DNA of 64,000 bases from the human T2T-CHM13v2.0 reference genome, Homo sapiens, in NCBI RefSeq assembly GCF_009914755.1, contig NC_060943.1; one strand, given 5' to 3'. The notes beneath the pieces are model-generated. The model was not told where the DNA came from. It worked only from the letters and a program-made list of their open reading frames with translations, and made no database searches. The position numbers and the translations under genes are program-made. Position 1 is the first letter of the stretch, and every line of letters starts with the position of its first letter. Shown in pieces: positions 1-24,393 of the stretch.

Positions 1-111
1 ACTCCGACTCCTTCAGCAAAGTAACAAGAAAAGACAAGGCCCTCCTGCCTCCCTGTCCATCCCTCCTTAGGGAGCCCAGGGGACCACAATGAGACAGCAT
101 AGTGTATCAAG

Positions 112-117
112 TTTATT
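112..117 (-). terminator. SBSN polyadenylation signal AATAAA
   Basis: tttatt on + strand about 125 nt past the stop codon. Confidence 0.85.
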
Positions 118-242
118 CACAAATCCCAGTACAACCCCCTTCAGGGATTTCAGAAACCTGTCCCCCACCCCCAACCCCTCCAGGTCATGTCAGCTGATGT
201 GACAACGGCGACATTATTCTCCCAGCAAGGCCGGATGCCAGT

Positions 243-3200
243 TTAGGGCATGATGTTGGCGACGCTCTGGAAGAGAGAAGGAGAGCAGGGGTGAATGTAG
301 GGTCCACAGTCATGACGGGACCCGAGACCTCAGCCCCGCCCCTCGGGAGAAGCACAAGGGGACTGGCTGCTCTGGCCCCGGAGTTATGTTCTGGGGAAGT
401 TTCAGGAAGGTAGCATCTAAACTTAAGAACACAAGGAAGCCAGTCCCCACAGGCAGAGGGGCTGGGGCCTCTGCAGGAACCAACAAGCCTCGTGTGTTTA
501 GCCTGAGAGGATGCTCTGCCGCCCCCATAGCCTGGGATACACAAGGGTGGGCCTTCCTCCTCCGTGATACACCCTCACCCTGGCCTGCACCAGGTCTCGG
601 GCAGCAGATACAATAAGTGCAAAAAGAGACTGGGTGCAGTGGCTTACGCCTGTAATCCCAGCACTTTGGGAGGCTGAGGAAGGAGGGGATCACTTGAGAT
701 CAGGAGTTCGAGACCAGCCTGGCCAATATGGTGAAACCCCTGTCTCTACTAAAAATACAAAAATTAGCTGGGCATGTTGGCGCACACCTGTAATCCCAGC
801 CACTCAGGAGACTGAGATAGGAGAATCACTTGGACCCAGAAGACGGAGGTTGCAGCGAGCTGAGATTGCACCACTGCACTCCAGCCTGGGAGATAGAGTG
901 AGACTCCGTCTCAATAAATTAAAATAAAGAAAGAGAGTCAGGAGTTTACTTTGAGCCCCAACTGGGAACCAGGATTCCATAGGAGCCTCTGCACTGGGGT
1001 GACCTTGCACCAGGGAGAGGACAAAGACACAGGCTCCCCCTCCCAGCATGAAGCAAAGGCATTTGCAGGAGGGTTGGGACAGGAGGGAAGCCAGTCAGCA
1101 AATGGGAATCGAGGAATGAGGACAAGGAGAGAGAGGGAATGAGAACAGTCAGCAGCCCCTCCTCCCTCCCTGGCTCCCAGGGGCACCAGGGCCTGGGAGG
1201 TCTTTTCTGCCAGCTTGTGTTTGCCTTGGTGGAAATGAAAGGCACCCAAAAGATGAGGGCAGGGTGCAAAGGGGAGGGAGCAGGTGGAGAGAGGGAAGCC
1301 CAGGACTGGGTATCAGGTTGGAGGTTCTTTGCAGAGGCTGCAGGTCTGCCCGCCCGGGGAGCTGTCCAAACAGACACCGGGAAGGGGTCGGGGTGAGCGT
1401 ATCTATCAGGACGCAGAGCAGAAAAGAGACACCATGGGGCACTCACCCTCCACAGGGCGGGAAGGTTGATGAAAGGCGTGTTGACCGAGGCCTGCAATTC
1501 AAGGACAAGAAGGTCAGTCTCCAGCGTCTGACCCACAGCCATGCTAGGGAACTCCCAGGGGCCTCCTCTCCCCTACCCCAGAGTCCGCGCTTACCCCAGA
1601 GGCTAACGGCGTGGTTGTGGCCCCTCCTTGATGGCTGGAAGATCCGCTTTGATGGTTGCCCTGTGGACAAAGCCCAGACTCTTGTTACAACCCCACAACC
1701 GCGGAGGGTCTCCCAGTTCCTTTTCCCCAGGGACCTGGTCCCCTCCAGGGTGACTGGGGCTGCGGTGGGAGGCACAGCTTAACCCACTGCCTCCTCACTG
1801 TCCAGAAGAAAACCCAAAGCCCGTGCTCGCGTGGGCATTCTGCCTCCTGCTGCCTTTTCCTCCCCAAAGCCCCTTTTAATTTCCTTAATGAAGTGCTCTC
1901 AGTCATGGAGGAGGGGCTGGTGGAAAGGGAAGGTAGAGGACCCGTGACAAACAATATCAGGACCTAGTTTAACCTCAGCCCTGACCTCAAATCTACCCTT
2001 CTATGCCCTGTCTAGCTGCATCCCTAACTCCGCTGATCCTTGTCCTTAACCCAGCCCCAGACACTCAGCCATGCACCCCAGCAGTGCCCCCAACCCCGGC
2101 TGCTGTTGCCAGCCCCAAATCCTACAGTGCACCGTCCTCTGCTCGCGGCACCCTGCAGCCTGCCGTGCCCGCTCCTCTGCTGCGCCGTTCCTCCCCACCC
2201 ACCCATCCCTGGCTCTGTCTGGCGGCAGATGTGGCTCTGGACTTCGACGTCTGAGCCAGTCACATCTTGCAGATCCAGGACCCCTCATGGAGCCTGGAGA
2301 GTGAGGGCGCACAGGAGTCCACCCTCTCCTGCTCCCCACGCTCCCTTCTTGGTGCCTGTTCTGTTGTGAGTGGTGCTATTTGCCTGCCTCCAGTCTCTGT
2401 TCCCTCTACATATTTTATTTTATTATTATTTTTTTTGAGACAGAGTCTCACTCTGTTGCCCAGGCTGGAGTGCAATGGTGCAATCTCAGCTCACTGCAAA
2501 CTCCGCTTCTCGGGTTCAAGGGATTCTCCTGCCTCAGCCTTCTGAGTAGTTGGGATTAGAGGCGCCAGCCACCACACCTGGCTAATTTTTGTATTTTTAG
2601 TAGAGATAGGGTTTCACCATGTTGGCCAGGCTGCTCTTGAACTCCTGAGCTCAAGTGATCCGCCTGCCTCGGCCTCCCAAAGTGCTGGGGTTAACAGGCA
2701 TGAGCCACTGAACCTGGCCTCTGTTCCCCCTACATAAATGGGTAAGAGAAACCTTCCAGAAAACCTCTCCTGGCTGGGCAGTGCAGGGGAAGAGAACCCT
2801 GGCCTGCCCTCTGCCAAAGCTGGGCACTAGCCACAGGACTTTGGCACGTCCCCTAACCTCTCTGAGCCTTTGTTTCCTTATCTGAGAATCAGGGCGTCAG
2901 CAGCCTCATCTTGACCACATCAGAGGGTAGTTACAAAGATTACACAGGCCAAGGCTCATCTCCGAAAGCTATTCCTCATGCTCACTCTCCTAACCAGGTT
3001 TTGTCCACACTCAGTCCCTTTGCACTATACTAGATCTTGATCTCAGGAACTGTTTCCCATTCCCCAGGAAGGGCTTCATGGGCCCCACTTGAGGCCCCCT
3101 TAACCAGGAGGGCAGCTCCCTGAAGGTGGGACAGGGTGCCCGCCACCCTGTCTGATACGTGCTTTGCAGATAAGGTGGCTCACCCCATCTGACCAGCTGC

Positions 3201-5233
3201 CACCAGCTCCTTTGTAAGGGAGATGGGGAAGGGGGAGGAACCCAGTGATATAGCTGCCCAAGCTTCTTTCACCAAACAAAGGCTACGCGGACCCCCCCGC
3301 CCCGCCAAATGTCCCAGGGGTTTAACCTTTCCCTCCCCCAACCCCCCTGTCCCCCATCTCCCCATCCCTGTTCACCTACATTCAGCAGCTGGTTGGCCTC
3401 CTTGCTGGCTTGGTTGACCCCATTATGAGCATTCTGCAGCTCCTTCCCGGCCTGGCCAGCAGCATGGTGGGCACCTTGGCCAAGCTTCTCCACTTCCTTT
3501 CCAGCCTGGTCAGCAGCATGGTTGACCCCTTGGCCAAGTTTCTCTGCTTCCTTCCCAGCCTGGTGGACCCCAGTGTGGAACCCTTGGACCGCTTTGTCTG
3601 CTTCCTTCCCGGCCTGTTCAAGGGTATGGTGAACTCCCTGGCCAAACTGCCCTGCCTCCTTCCCGGCCTCGTGGACCCCAGGTTGGACACCATGAACTGC
3701 TATGTCTCCCTCTTTCCCAGCCTGCCCTGCTGTGTGGTGAATGTCGTGGCCAAACTGCCCCGCCTCCCTTCCAGCCTGACTAACGCCATGATGGAGGCCT
3801 TGGACCACTCTGTCTTCCTCCTTCCCCACCTGCGAGGCAGCATGGTGGACACCCTGGCCAAACTTCTCTGCTTCCTTCCAGGCCTCATTAACCCCATGGT
3901 GGACCCCATGGCCGAGCTTCTCTGTTTCCTTCCCAAACTGACTGGCAGCATGGTGGACCCCCTGGCCAAACTTCTCTGTCTCCTTCCAGCCCTCACTGAG
4001 ACCATGGTGGACCCCCTGGCCAAACCTCCCAGCCTCATTTCCGGCCTGCCCCGCAGCATGGTGGGCCCCCTGGCCAAATCTCCCTGCCTCATTTCCGGCC
4101 TGCCCCGCAGCATGGTGGGCCCCCTGGCCAAACTTCTCTGCCTCCTTCCCAACCTGACCAGCAGTATGGTGGACCCCCTGGCCAAACTTCTCTGTCTCCT
4201 TCCAGCCCTCACTGAGACCATGGTGGACCCCCTGGCCAAACCTCCCAGCCTCATTTCCGGCCTGCCCCGCAGCATGGTGGGCCCCCTGGCCAAATCTCCC
4301 TGCCTCATTTCCGGCCTGCCCCGCAGCATGGTGGGCCCCCTGGCCAAACTTCTCTGCCTCCTTCCCAACCTGACCAGCAGTATGGTGGACCCCCTGGCCA
4401 AACTTCTCTGTCTCCTTCCAGCCCTCACTGAGACCATGGTGGACCCCCTGGCCAAATCTCCCTGCCTCATTTCCGGCCTGCCCCGCAGCATGGTGGGCCC
4501 CCTGGCCAAACTTCTCTGCCTCCTTCCCAACCTGACCGGCAGCATGGTGGATCCCCTGGCCAAACTTCTCTGTCTCCTTCCAGCCCTCACTGAGACCATG
4601 GTGGGCCCCCTGGCCAAATCTCCCAGCCTCATTTCCGGCCTGCCCTGCAGCATGGTGGACTCCCTGGCCAAACCTCCCAGCCTCATTTCCGGCCTGCCCT
4701 GCAGCATGGTGGACTCCCTGGCCAAACCTCCCAGCCTCATTTCCAGCCTGCCCTGCAGCATTGTCGACTCCCTGGCCAAACTTCCCTGCCTCACTTCCCG
4801 CCTGGTTGGCCCCGTGATGGACCCCATGATGGATCAGTTTGTCTGCCTCCTTCCCAACCTGTCCAGCAGCGTTGTTGACCCCATGGCCAAGCTTCTCTGC
4901 TTCCTTTCCTGCTTGTCCAATACCATGGTTGATCTCATGGGCAACCTTGTCCATGCCGTGGTTGAGCCCCTGGACGCCTTTGTCCAACTCCTTGCCGGTG
5001 TGGCTCCCCATGTTGCTAAGTCCGTTGAAAACCTTCTCCACTTCCCTTCCGGCATGCGTGATTCCACTGTTGATGCCATCCAGGGCCTTGCCCACCTCTC
5101 TCTCTGCATTGCTCAGCCCTCGGTTGATCCCTTCAATGACCTTCTCAATGGGGTCATCGCTGGCCGCCCATCCAGACAGGGCCCCCAGTAGCAGAAGGAG
5201 GGAGCAGGAGCCGACCAGACGTGCAAGATGCAT
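243..5233 (-). CDS. SBSN: Suprabasin, secreted Gly/His/Gln-rich keratinocyte protein; 4 coding exons, 662 aa on this allele
   Basis: Exons 5233-3380 ([10 protein letters not shown] signal peptide, 18-aa repeats, ...NQLLN|GTAGGT), 1660-1595 (GNHQSG...ASG), 1491-1447 ([15 protein letters not shown]), 266-243 (SVANIMP*). All GT-AG, phase 0. Confidence 0.98.
628..925 (+). mobile_element. Alu
   Basis: Dimeric Alu consensus with A-rich tail. Confidence 0.9.
2414..2718 (-). mobile_element. Alu
   Basis: T-rich tail followed by antisense Alu consensus. Confidence 0.9.
3950..4456. repeat. Perfect 216-bp (4 x 54 bp) coding tandem repeat, about 2.35 copies, within the SBSN 54-bp repeat array
   Basis: 3950-4165 is identical to 4166-4381; period-216 identity continues to 4456. 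Confidence 0.93.
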
Positions 5234-5286
5234 ATTGCTGGGAAGGTCGGGAAGGATGCAGAGAGGAGCCAGGGAAGCCACGCTGC

Positions 5287-5436
5287 TATTTATCCTCTCT
5301 CCCTCTCGCCCTCTTCTCCACCCCTCATGACTCAATTACCCCTGTGAGGCACTGAGTTGGTCTTCAGTCAAGGAGGTGTTTCCCAGGGAGATTTGGAGTT
5401 GAGCAATGGAGAGGAGGAGGAAGAGAGGGTGAGTCA
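5287..5436 (-). promoter_or_regulatory. SBSN proximal promoter: TATA-like ATAAATA and two AP-1 sites
   Basis: tatttat 5287-5293; TGACTCA 5328-5334; TGAGTCA 5430-5436. Confidence 0.65.
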
Positions 5437-7052
5437 TGGATGGAGAAGAACTCTGGCATCTTTGCTCCTTGCCCTCCACCCCAGAGATGGGTGTCTGCCC
5501 TTCCAACCACCTCCTCTTTCATTCCTCACCCACTGTCCAGGCCTCCTCTCTCGCAAACCCACCTTCCACCACGCTCCATCCCTGGGATGCAGGCAATTCT
5601 TCAACACCTCACTCCTCTCAGGCATCTAAGCCTCCAGCTCCCCAGGCAGTGAGGGGCTAGAATGATGGGAGGCACCGTCTGGAGAGGGGAGAACACTAGG
5701 TGGGATGAAGGAGTCATCAGACCTCGTTCTTGTGGGCCAGCCCCTGCCCTCACTCATTCCATTCCAGCCACACAGGCCTTCTCCCTGTTCCACAAACACA
5801 CCAAGCTCATTCCTGCTGCAGGGCCTTTGCACATGCTCCTCTCTCTGCCTGGAATGCAGAACCCAGATCTTCACGTGGCTGGCTCCTCCTCATCCGTACT
5901 TGACTTAAATGCCAACTTCGCAAGAAAACCTCTCCTGACCATAACATGGCATTAATTATACTCTGTAGTATCACCCTTTTGTTTTCACAGAAAAAAAAAA
6001 TCTGAAATTACCTTTATTTTTTATTGCCTGTCTCACCTACTAGCAATGTAAATTGGTCGTGTTGATCACTGCTGTATTCCTAGCTTCTTGAACACTGCCT
6101 GGGGTTCAGTAAATATTTATTGACTGGACAAATGGATGGATTCGAACAGGCCAAGGAAAGAGACTCTGAGCCTGAGTCTGGGTCTCACAGGGTGCTGGAG
6201 GGAAGGGCGCCTGGGTCGCCAGGGCAGCATAGAGTCCCTTGTGGAGTGCCGCAGATTTTGGAGGCAGGATCCCATTCCTGTCGCAGAACCCAGACCTCCT
6301 GCCTCCCAGCCCTTGGGCAAGGGCAGGGGGCTGATTGCCACGAGCTGGAACAGGACGCAGTGTCTCCTGAAAAGCCGGTTGAGGCAGCCACGGGGAGGGG
6401 CCGAAGACCCAGGGCAGCAGGAGCCTGTGAGCCAGAACCTGGGCTGGGGCCAGGCCCTCATCCTTCCTGCCCTCCCGACATGGGGCCTCCTAAGCCCCAA
6501 CCTGAAGCCCCAAGTGTTGACATATTGGCTCGGGTTGGAGGGGAAACAGCTGAGAGTCTGGCCTCAGGCATGAAAAGGGCATCGGAAGGAAGGGCAGGTG
6601 GTGGTGGGCAGGCTTGGGGCAGCAGATGCATCTAGAAGCCAGTTGGGAGGGAGGCTAAGACCAGAACGAGAGCCAGTGGGTGGGTACAGTGGGTGCAGGG
6701 GTGAAAGATATTTGGGTTTTGGTGCCAAGGGGAGAGACTGAGAGAGGGGTGGAGGTGGGATTGCTGGTGGGAAGGCCAGGCAGGAACAATGTGCAGGGTG
6801 TGAGCAGCTGGAGGTGGCAGAGCTATGTGTGTGGGTGCCCAGGTGTGGCGAGAATCTGCACGTGTTTTCAGGCTTTGCTCAAACAAAGGCGCCAAGGCCC
6901 ACTCCCCTCAGAGGACCCGGGGTTCCTCTCCAGCTCCTGGACACTTGACTCCACCCAAAGACAGGCATCCCAGGACAGAAATCCAGAAGCTTCTGCCTTC
7001 TCTGGGCTCTGCCTATAGAGGGTGACTAAGTGTGCCACCTCTCCAAGCTTGA

Positions 7053-8057
<1,005 letters not shown>

Positions 8058-8716
8058 TGAGGTTATATTTTTCACCTCCTTGATTGTACACCAAAATGTA
8101 GCTCCCTTTGTTTAATTAATCATCTGTGTTTTGGTCTCGGTTCGTTAAAACCTCCTCACCTGTACACTTAGTTTACTTTCTTCTCCCAGGCCATCAAAGC
8201 AGGAGAGCCTCACCCTGCCCTGGTCCCATGGCAGGTGCTTGGCAAATGAATTTCTCATGGATGTTGGCGGAAGGAAGAGGTTATGTCATTCTGCCCCTTC
8301 TTGCATCCATCCCTCTCTGGGATGGTGACTCCTTCCTGGCACAAACCCCCACTCCCCCTGAACCTTGGTCACAGCTGCGTGTCAACCTGCTGTGCAGGTG
8401 ATGGTGCCTGCCTGTGAGTCACTGAGGTGCAAGCAAACCCCTACCCCGGGGCTGCAGGGGAGGGAGCTGTTTGTCCACTTGTTCTTTGTCAGACGTTCAT
8501 TGAAAACCTGCTTTGTATTGTTCTAAGTGCTGGAGGCACAGTCGTGAACAAACAAACAAGAACAGGAGCCCTGTGAGGGGCTTAGAGCCCAAGGGGGAGA
8601 CATCGAACAAATAAACCAATCAGTAGATCATGACAAACTACATGAAAAGCTACAAGGAAAAGAATGGGTGCTGCGAGAAGATATAACGTGAAGAGTTTGA
8701 TAAGATTGGCGATCAG

Positions 8717-9076
<360 letters not shown>

Positions 9077-9099
9077 TCAGGTATAGTTTATTGGGCTAA

Positions 9100-9441
<342 letters not shown>

Positions 9442-9893
9442 TGACATAGATGACGTCCCTGTCCTCTCAGAGCTTACAGTCTGGTGGACAGAGGCAGTTG
9501 GCAAGAAAACAAACAATTTTTAGAGAGACATGTGCTCTAAGGAAAATAAAAACATAGACAGTGTAGCCCTAGAGAAATTTTGCACACTGAAGCATAACTC
9601 AGAATGGAGAAGTCAGACAAGGCTTCCTGGAAGATGGGCAGAAATTGGGAAGGGGGTGACGGCTGACAGTGACAGAGAAAGGAGGGAACTTAGATGCAGA
9701 GTGTAGAAAGCCTCTCTTAAAGGGTGGGAAACCAAGAGGCAGCCAAGGGAAGCCCTGGGTGGGCCTTCCAGGCATACAGAGGCAGCAAGAGTCACTCCAC
9801 TGGAGAATCCAAGGGACAGCATGGAACCTGTGTGCTTCAAGAGACAGAGAGGAGGAAAGGGCTTTCAGGAACAGTGTAAAAGGTGGGATTCCA

Positions 9894-10195
9894 GGCTGGG
9901 TGTGGTGGCTCGCTCCTGTAATCCCAGCATTTTGGAAGGCCGAGGTGGGAGGATCGCTTGAGCCCAAGGGTTCTAGACCAGCCTGAGCAAAAGAGTGAGA
10001 CCCTCTCTCTACAAAAAAATAAAAAGTAAAAATAGCCTGCAGTGGTGGCTGCACATGTAGTCCCAGCTACTCAGGAGGCCGAGGCGGGAGGATCGCTTGA
10101 GCCCAGGAGTTCAAGGCTGCAGTGAGCCATGATTGCACCACTGCACTCCAGCCTAGGAGAAAGAGTGACACCCCGTCTCAAAATAAATAAACAAA
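9894..10195 (+). mobile_element. AluJ-like element upstream of GAPDHS
   Basis: Alu consensus flanked by gtgggattcca duplication. Confidence 0.85.
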
Positions 10196-10337
10196 TGATA
10201 ATTTTAAAAAGTGGGATTCCATTCCAGACGGCAGTGCGTGGCCGTGGAACGGTGATGCATAGCGTGCTGACGTCCCATGCCTCTACGGGGATGGGATGCG
10301 ATGGTGTCAGGCCTCTGGCTTGGGCGCCGCCCCTCGG

Positions 10338-10381
10338 CGACGTCACTGGGTACTGTGACGTCACTGGGTGCTGTGACATCA
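10338..10381 (+). promoter_or_regulatory. GAPDHS promoter CRE array (three CRE/CRE-like sites at 18-bp spacing)
   Basis: CGACGTCA 10338, TGACGTCA 10356, TGACATCA 10374; GC box just upstream. Confidence 0.7.
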
Positions 10382-10475
10382 GGGCAATTAGCCCAGGACC
10401 CACAGCCCTGGCGCTCCGCACGCACCTCGGTAACATCACAGCAGGTCCAGGCCAATGATAACCTTATAAGAGGCC

Positions 10476-22116
<11,641 letters not shown>

Positions 22117-22139
22117 AACGGGAAGGTCCTTTCTTTCCT

Positions 22140-23040
22140 TCCCAGGGGCCGGGGCCGGAACATGTGCCTCCCGTTCCAGCATCTGGCTGCCCGGGGGAGG
22201 AAGGACACCCGGGGCGGGCGCCCCACGCCGATGGGTCCATGGTGAAATAAAAAACAGTGCTCACGGCTGCGTCCCGTATCTCTGCGCCGGTCAGGGCGGG
22301 TTCTGATCCGGGTTTGAGGCCCGCCCCACCCTTACTCGATCGCCTGCGCCCACGGGCGAGGGGTCGCGCTCGACTCCAAGCCGGGTTCCACTTCAGGAGA
22401 CCGGGACCGCGATGGCAGCGGTAGAGGCCCCGCATGGCCGGAAGTCACTCCCCAAAGCGCTGGGCCGGCAGCGGTGGGACCCAGGGCCGGCCACGGGCTC
22501 TCTGACGTCACTGGGCGCGACGCCCCGCGCCGGGACTACTGCTCCCAGAAGGTCGCGCGCGGGCCCCCGCCAGTCAGGTGGGTGCCAGGCCCTGGCCGTG
22601 GCGAAAGAGCCGGCGGAGCCGGAGACCCGCTCCCGGAGACGCCGCCTCGCGATCCCCGCGCGGGCGGGACCGGGCGGCCGGCATCATGACCCTGTTTCAC
22701 TTCGGGAACTGCTTCGCTCTTGCCTACTTCCCCTACTTCATCACCTACAAGTGCAGCGGCCTGTGAGTGCGGGAAGGGCGCGGGGCGGAGAGGGCGCGGG
22801 GCCCGGGCCGACCCTCACCTCCCGCTTCTCCAGGTCCGAGTACAACGCCTTCTGGAAATGCGTCCAGGCTGGAGTCACCTACCTCTTTGTCCAACTCTGC
22901 AAGGTGAGGGCCACCGGGAAGCCACGTGTTCTGGCCCCCAGGCTCTGCAGACCCAGGGACCCGCCCCCGTTGCCTATCCGCGCCCCCGCCGCCCCACGGT
23001 GGGACCGCCCTCGGGACTCCGCACTGGGAGGCGTCAGGAT
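22140..23040. promoter_or_regulatory. CpG island / TMEM147 promoter overlapping the GAPDHS 3' end
   Basis: CpG-dense; ETS CCGGAAGT 22438-22445, CRE TGACGTCA 22503-22510, GC boxes. Confidence 0.85.
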
Positions 23041-24393
23041 ACCTAGAGAGGATGGACTTTAAAGAGGGCACGACCTGAGAAGAGACCTAGAAGCAACTTT
23101 TGCGTAGCACTTAGTAAAACTGAGAAAACCTCAGTAGTGTGGTTGGCTAACAGGTTTTTTTTGGTGCGGTTAAGAGTGATCACTGATTCCGTACGTGCTG
23201 CTAACACTGCCCAAGGAGCAGCACCTTCAGACCTGACTCAGATGCCCTGTGATCACCCAGAACTCAAACTTCCAGCCCCCTCGGGGACCCGGGGACCTAT
23301 CCTCTATCTCCCCGATTCCTGTAATTTTGCCACCATCTGGTGGTTCCTCTTCCAGATGGGCCCCCAGAACCTGTCCTGCCCTCTTCCTACCCACGAACTT
23401 CCCACAAATCCCACGTGGTTTATCTTGATCCCCTCACCTTGAAGTGACCTCTTTCTGCTTTCTGTTCTCAGATGCTGTTCTTGGCCACTTTCTTTCCCAC
23501 CTGGGAAGGCGGCATCTATGACTTCATTGGGGTGAGAGGGGCCAGGGAAGGGAAGGGAGTTCAGGAATAGGGCTCCCTGTCCCCCTGTGCTTACTTAAGC
23601 CTCAACCTGACCCGCAGGAGTTCATGAAGGCCAGCGTGGATGTGGCAGACCTGATAGGTCTAAACCTTGTCATGTCCCGGAATGCCGGCAAGGGAGAGTA
23701 CAAGATCATGGTTGCTGCCCTGGGCTGGGCCACTGCTGAGCTTATTATGTCCCGGTGCGTACAGCAGCCTGGAGCCCAGACCCCTGAGAAGGGACACCTG
23801 GGTTCCACGGGGGTGCTGGAGGGCAGGGGCTCAAAGCCTGGTGCTGAAGGTGTCTGAGTACTGGAGAATCCCATCCTTTGCCTTCCTCAGCTGCATTCCC
23901 CTATGGGTCGGAGCCCGGGGCATTGAGTTTGACTGGAAGTACATCCAGATGAGCATAGACTCCAACATCAGTCTGGTAGGCAGTCGTGCTCTCCCACATA
24001 CACATTTCTGCTGGCGGCCATACTCCTCCCCAAGGCCTGGCCCCGACTTTCTGCCTCCCTCTAGGTCCATTACATCGTCGCGTCTGCTCAGGTCTGGATG
24101 ATAACACGCTATGATCTGTACCACACCTTCCGGCCAGCTGTCCTCCTGCTGATGTTCCTCAGTGTCTACAAGGCCTTTGTTATGGAGTGAGTTGGGTGGG
24201 GTTTAGGGCTGGGTCCAAAGTGGGGTGGGTTATCTAGTCTCCCTTCCTTATTGTGACATTTTCCTGCAGGACCTTCGTCCACCTCTGCTCGCTGGGCAGT
24301 TGGGCAGCTCTACTGGCCCGAGCAGTGGTAACGGGGCTGCTGGCCCTCAGCACTTTGGCCCTGTATGTCGCCGTTGTCAATGTGCACTCCTAG
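22686..24393 (+). CDS. TMEM147: Transmembrane protein 147 (BOS complex subunit); 7 exons, 224 aa
   Basis: Exons 22686-22762, 22834-22903, 23472-23531, 23618-23754, 23891-23975, 24065-24186, 24270-24393 (675 nt). [14 protein letters not shown]...VVNVHS*; AGTAAA at 24451. Confidence 0.97.

Noticed and set aside
3380-5100. CRISPR-like periodic array
   Set aside because: Protein-coding 54-bp repeat in eukaryotic DNA with no unique spacers.
3410-5191. 593-aa antisense ORF and 375-aa alternative-frame ORF over SBSN exon 1
   Set aside because: By-products of a stop-poor 54-bp coding repeat; no independent gene signals.
5234-5335. Upstream in-frame ATG extending SBSN by 34 aa
   Set aside because: Lies upstream of the TATA-like box; the signal peptide starts at the ATG at 5233.
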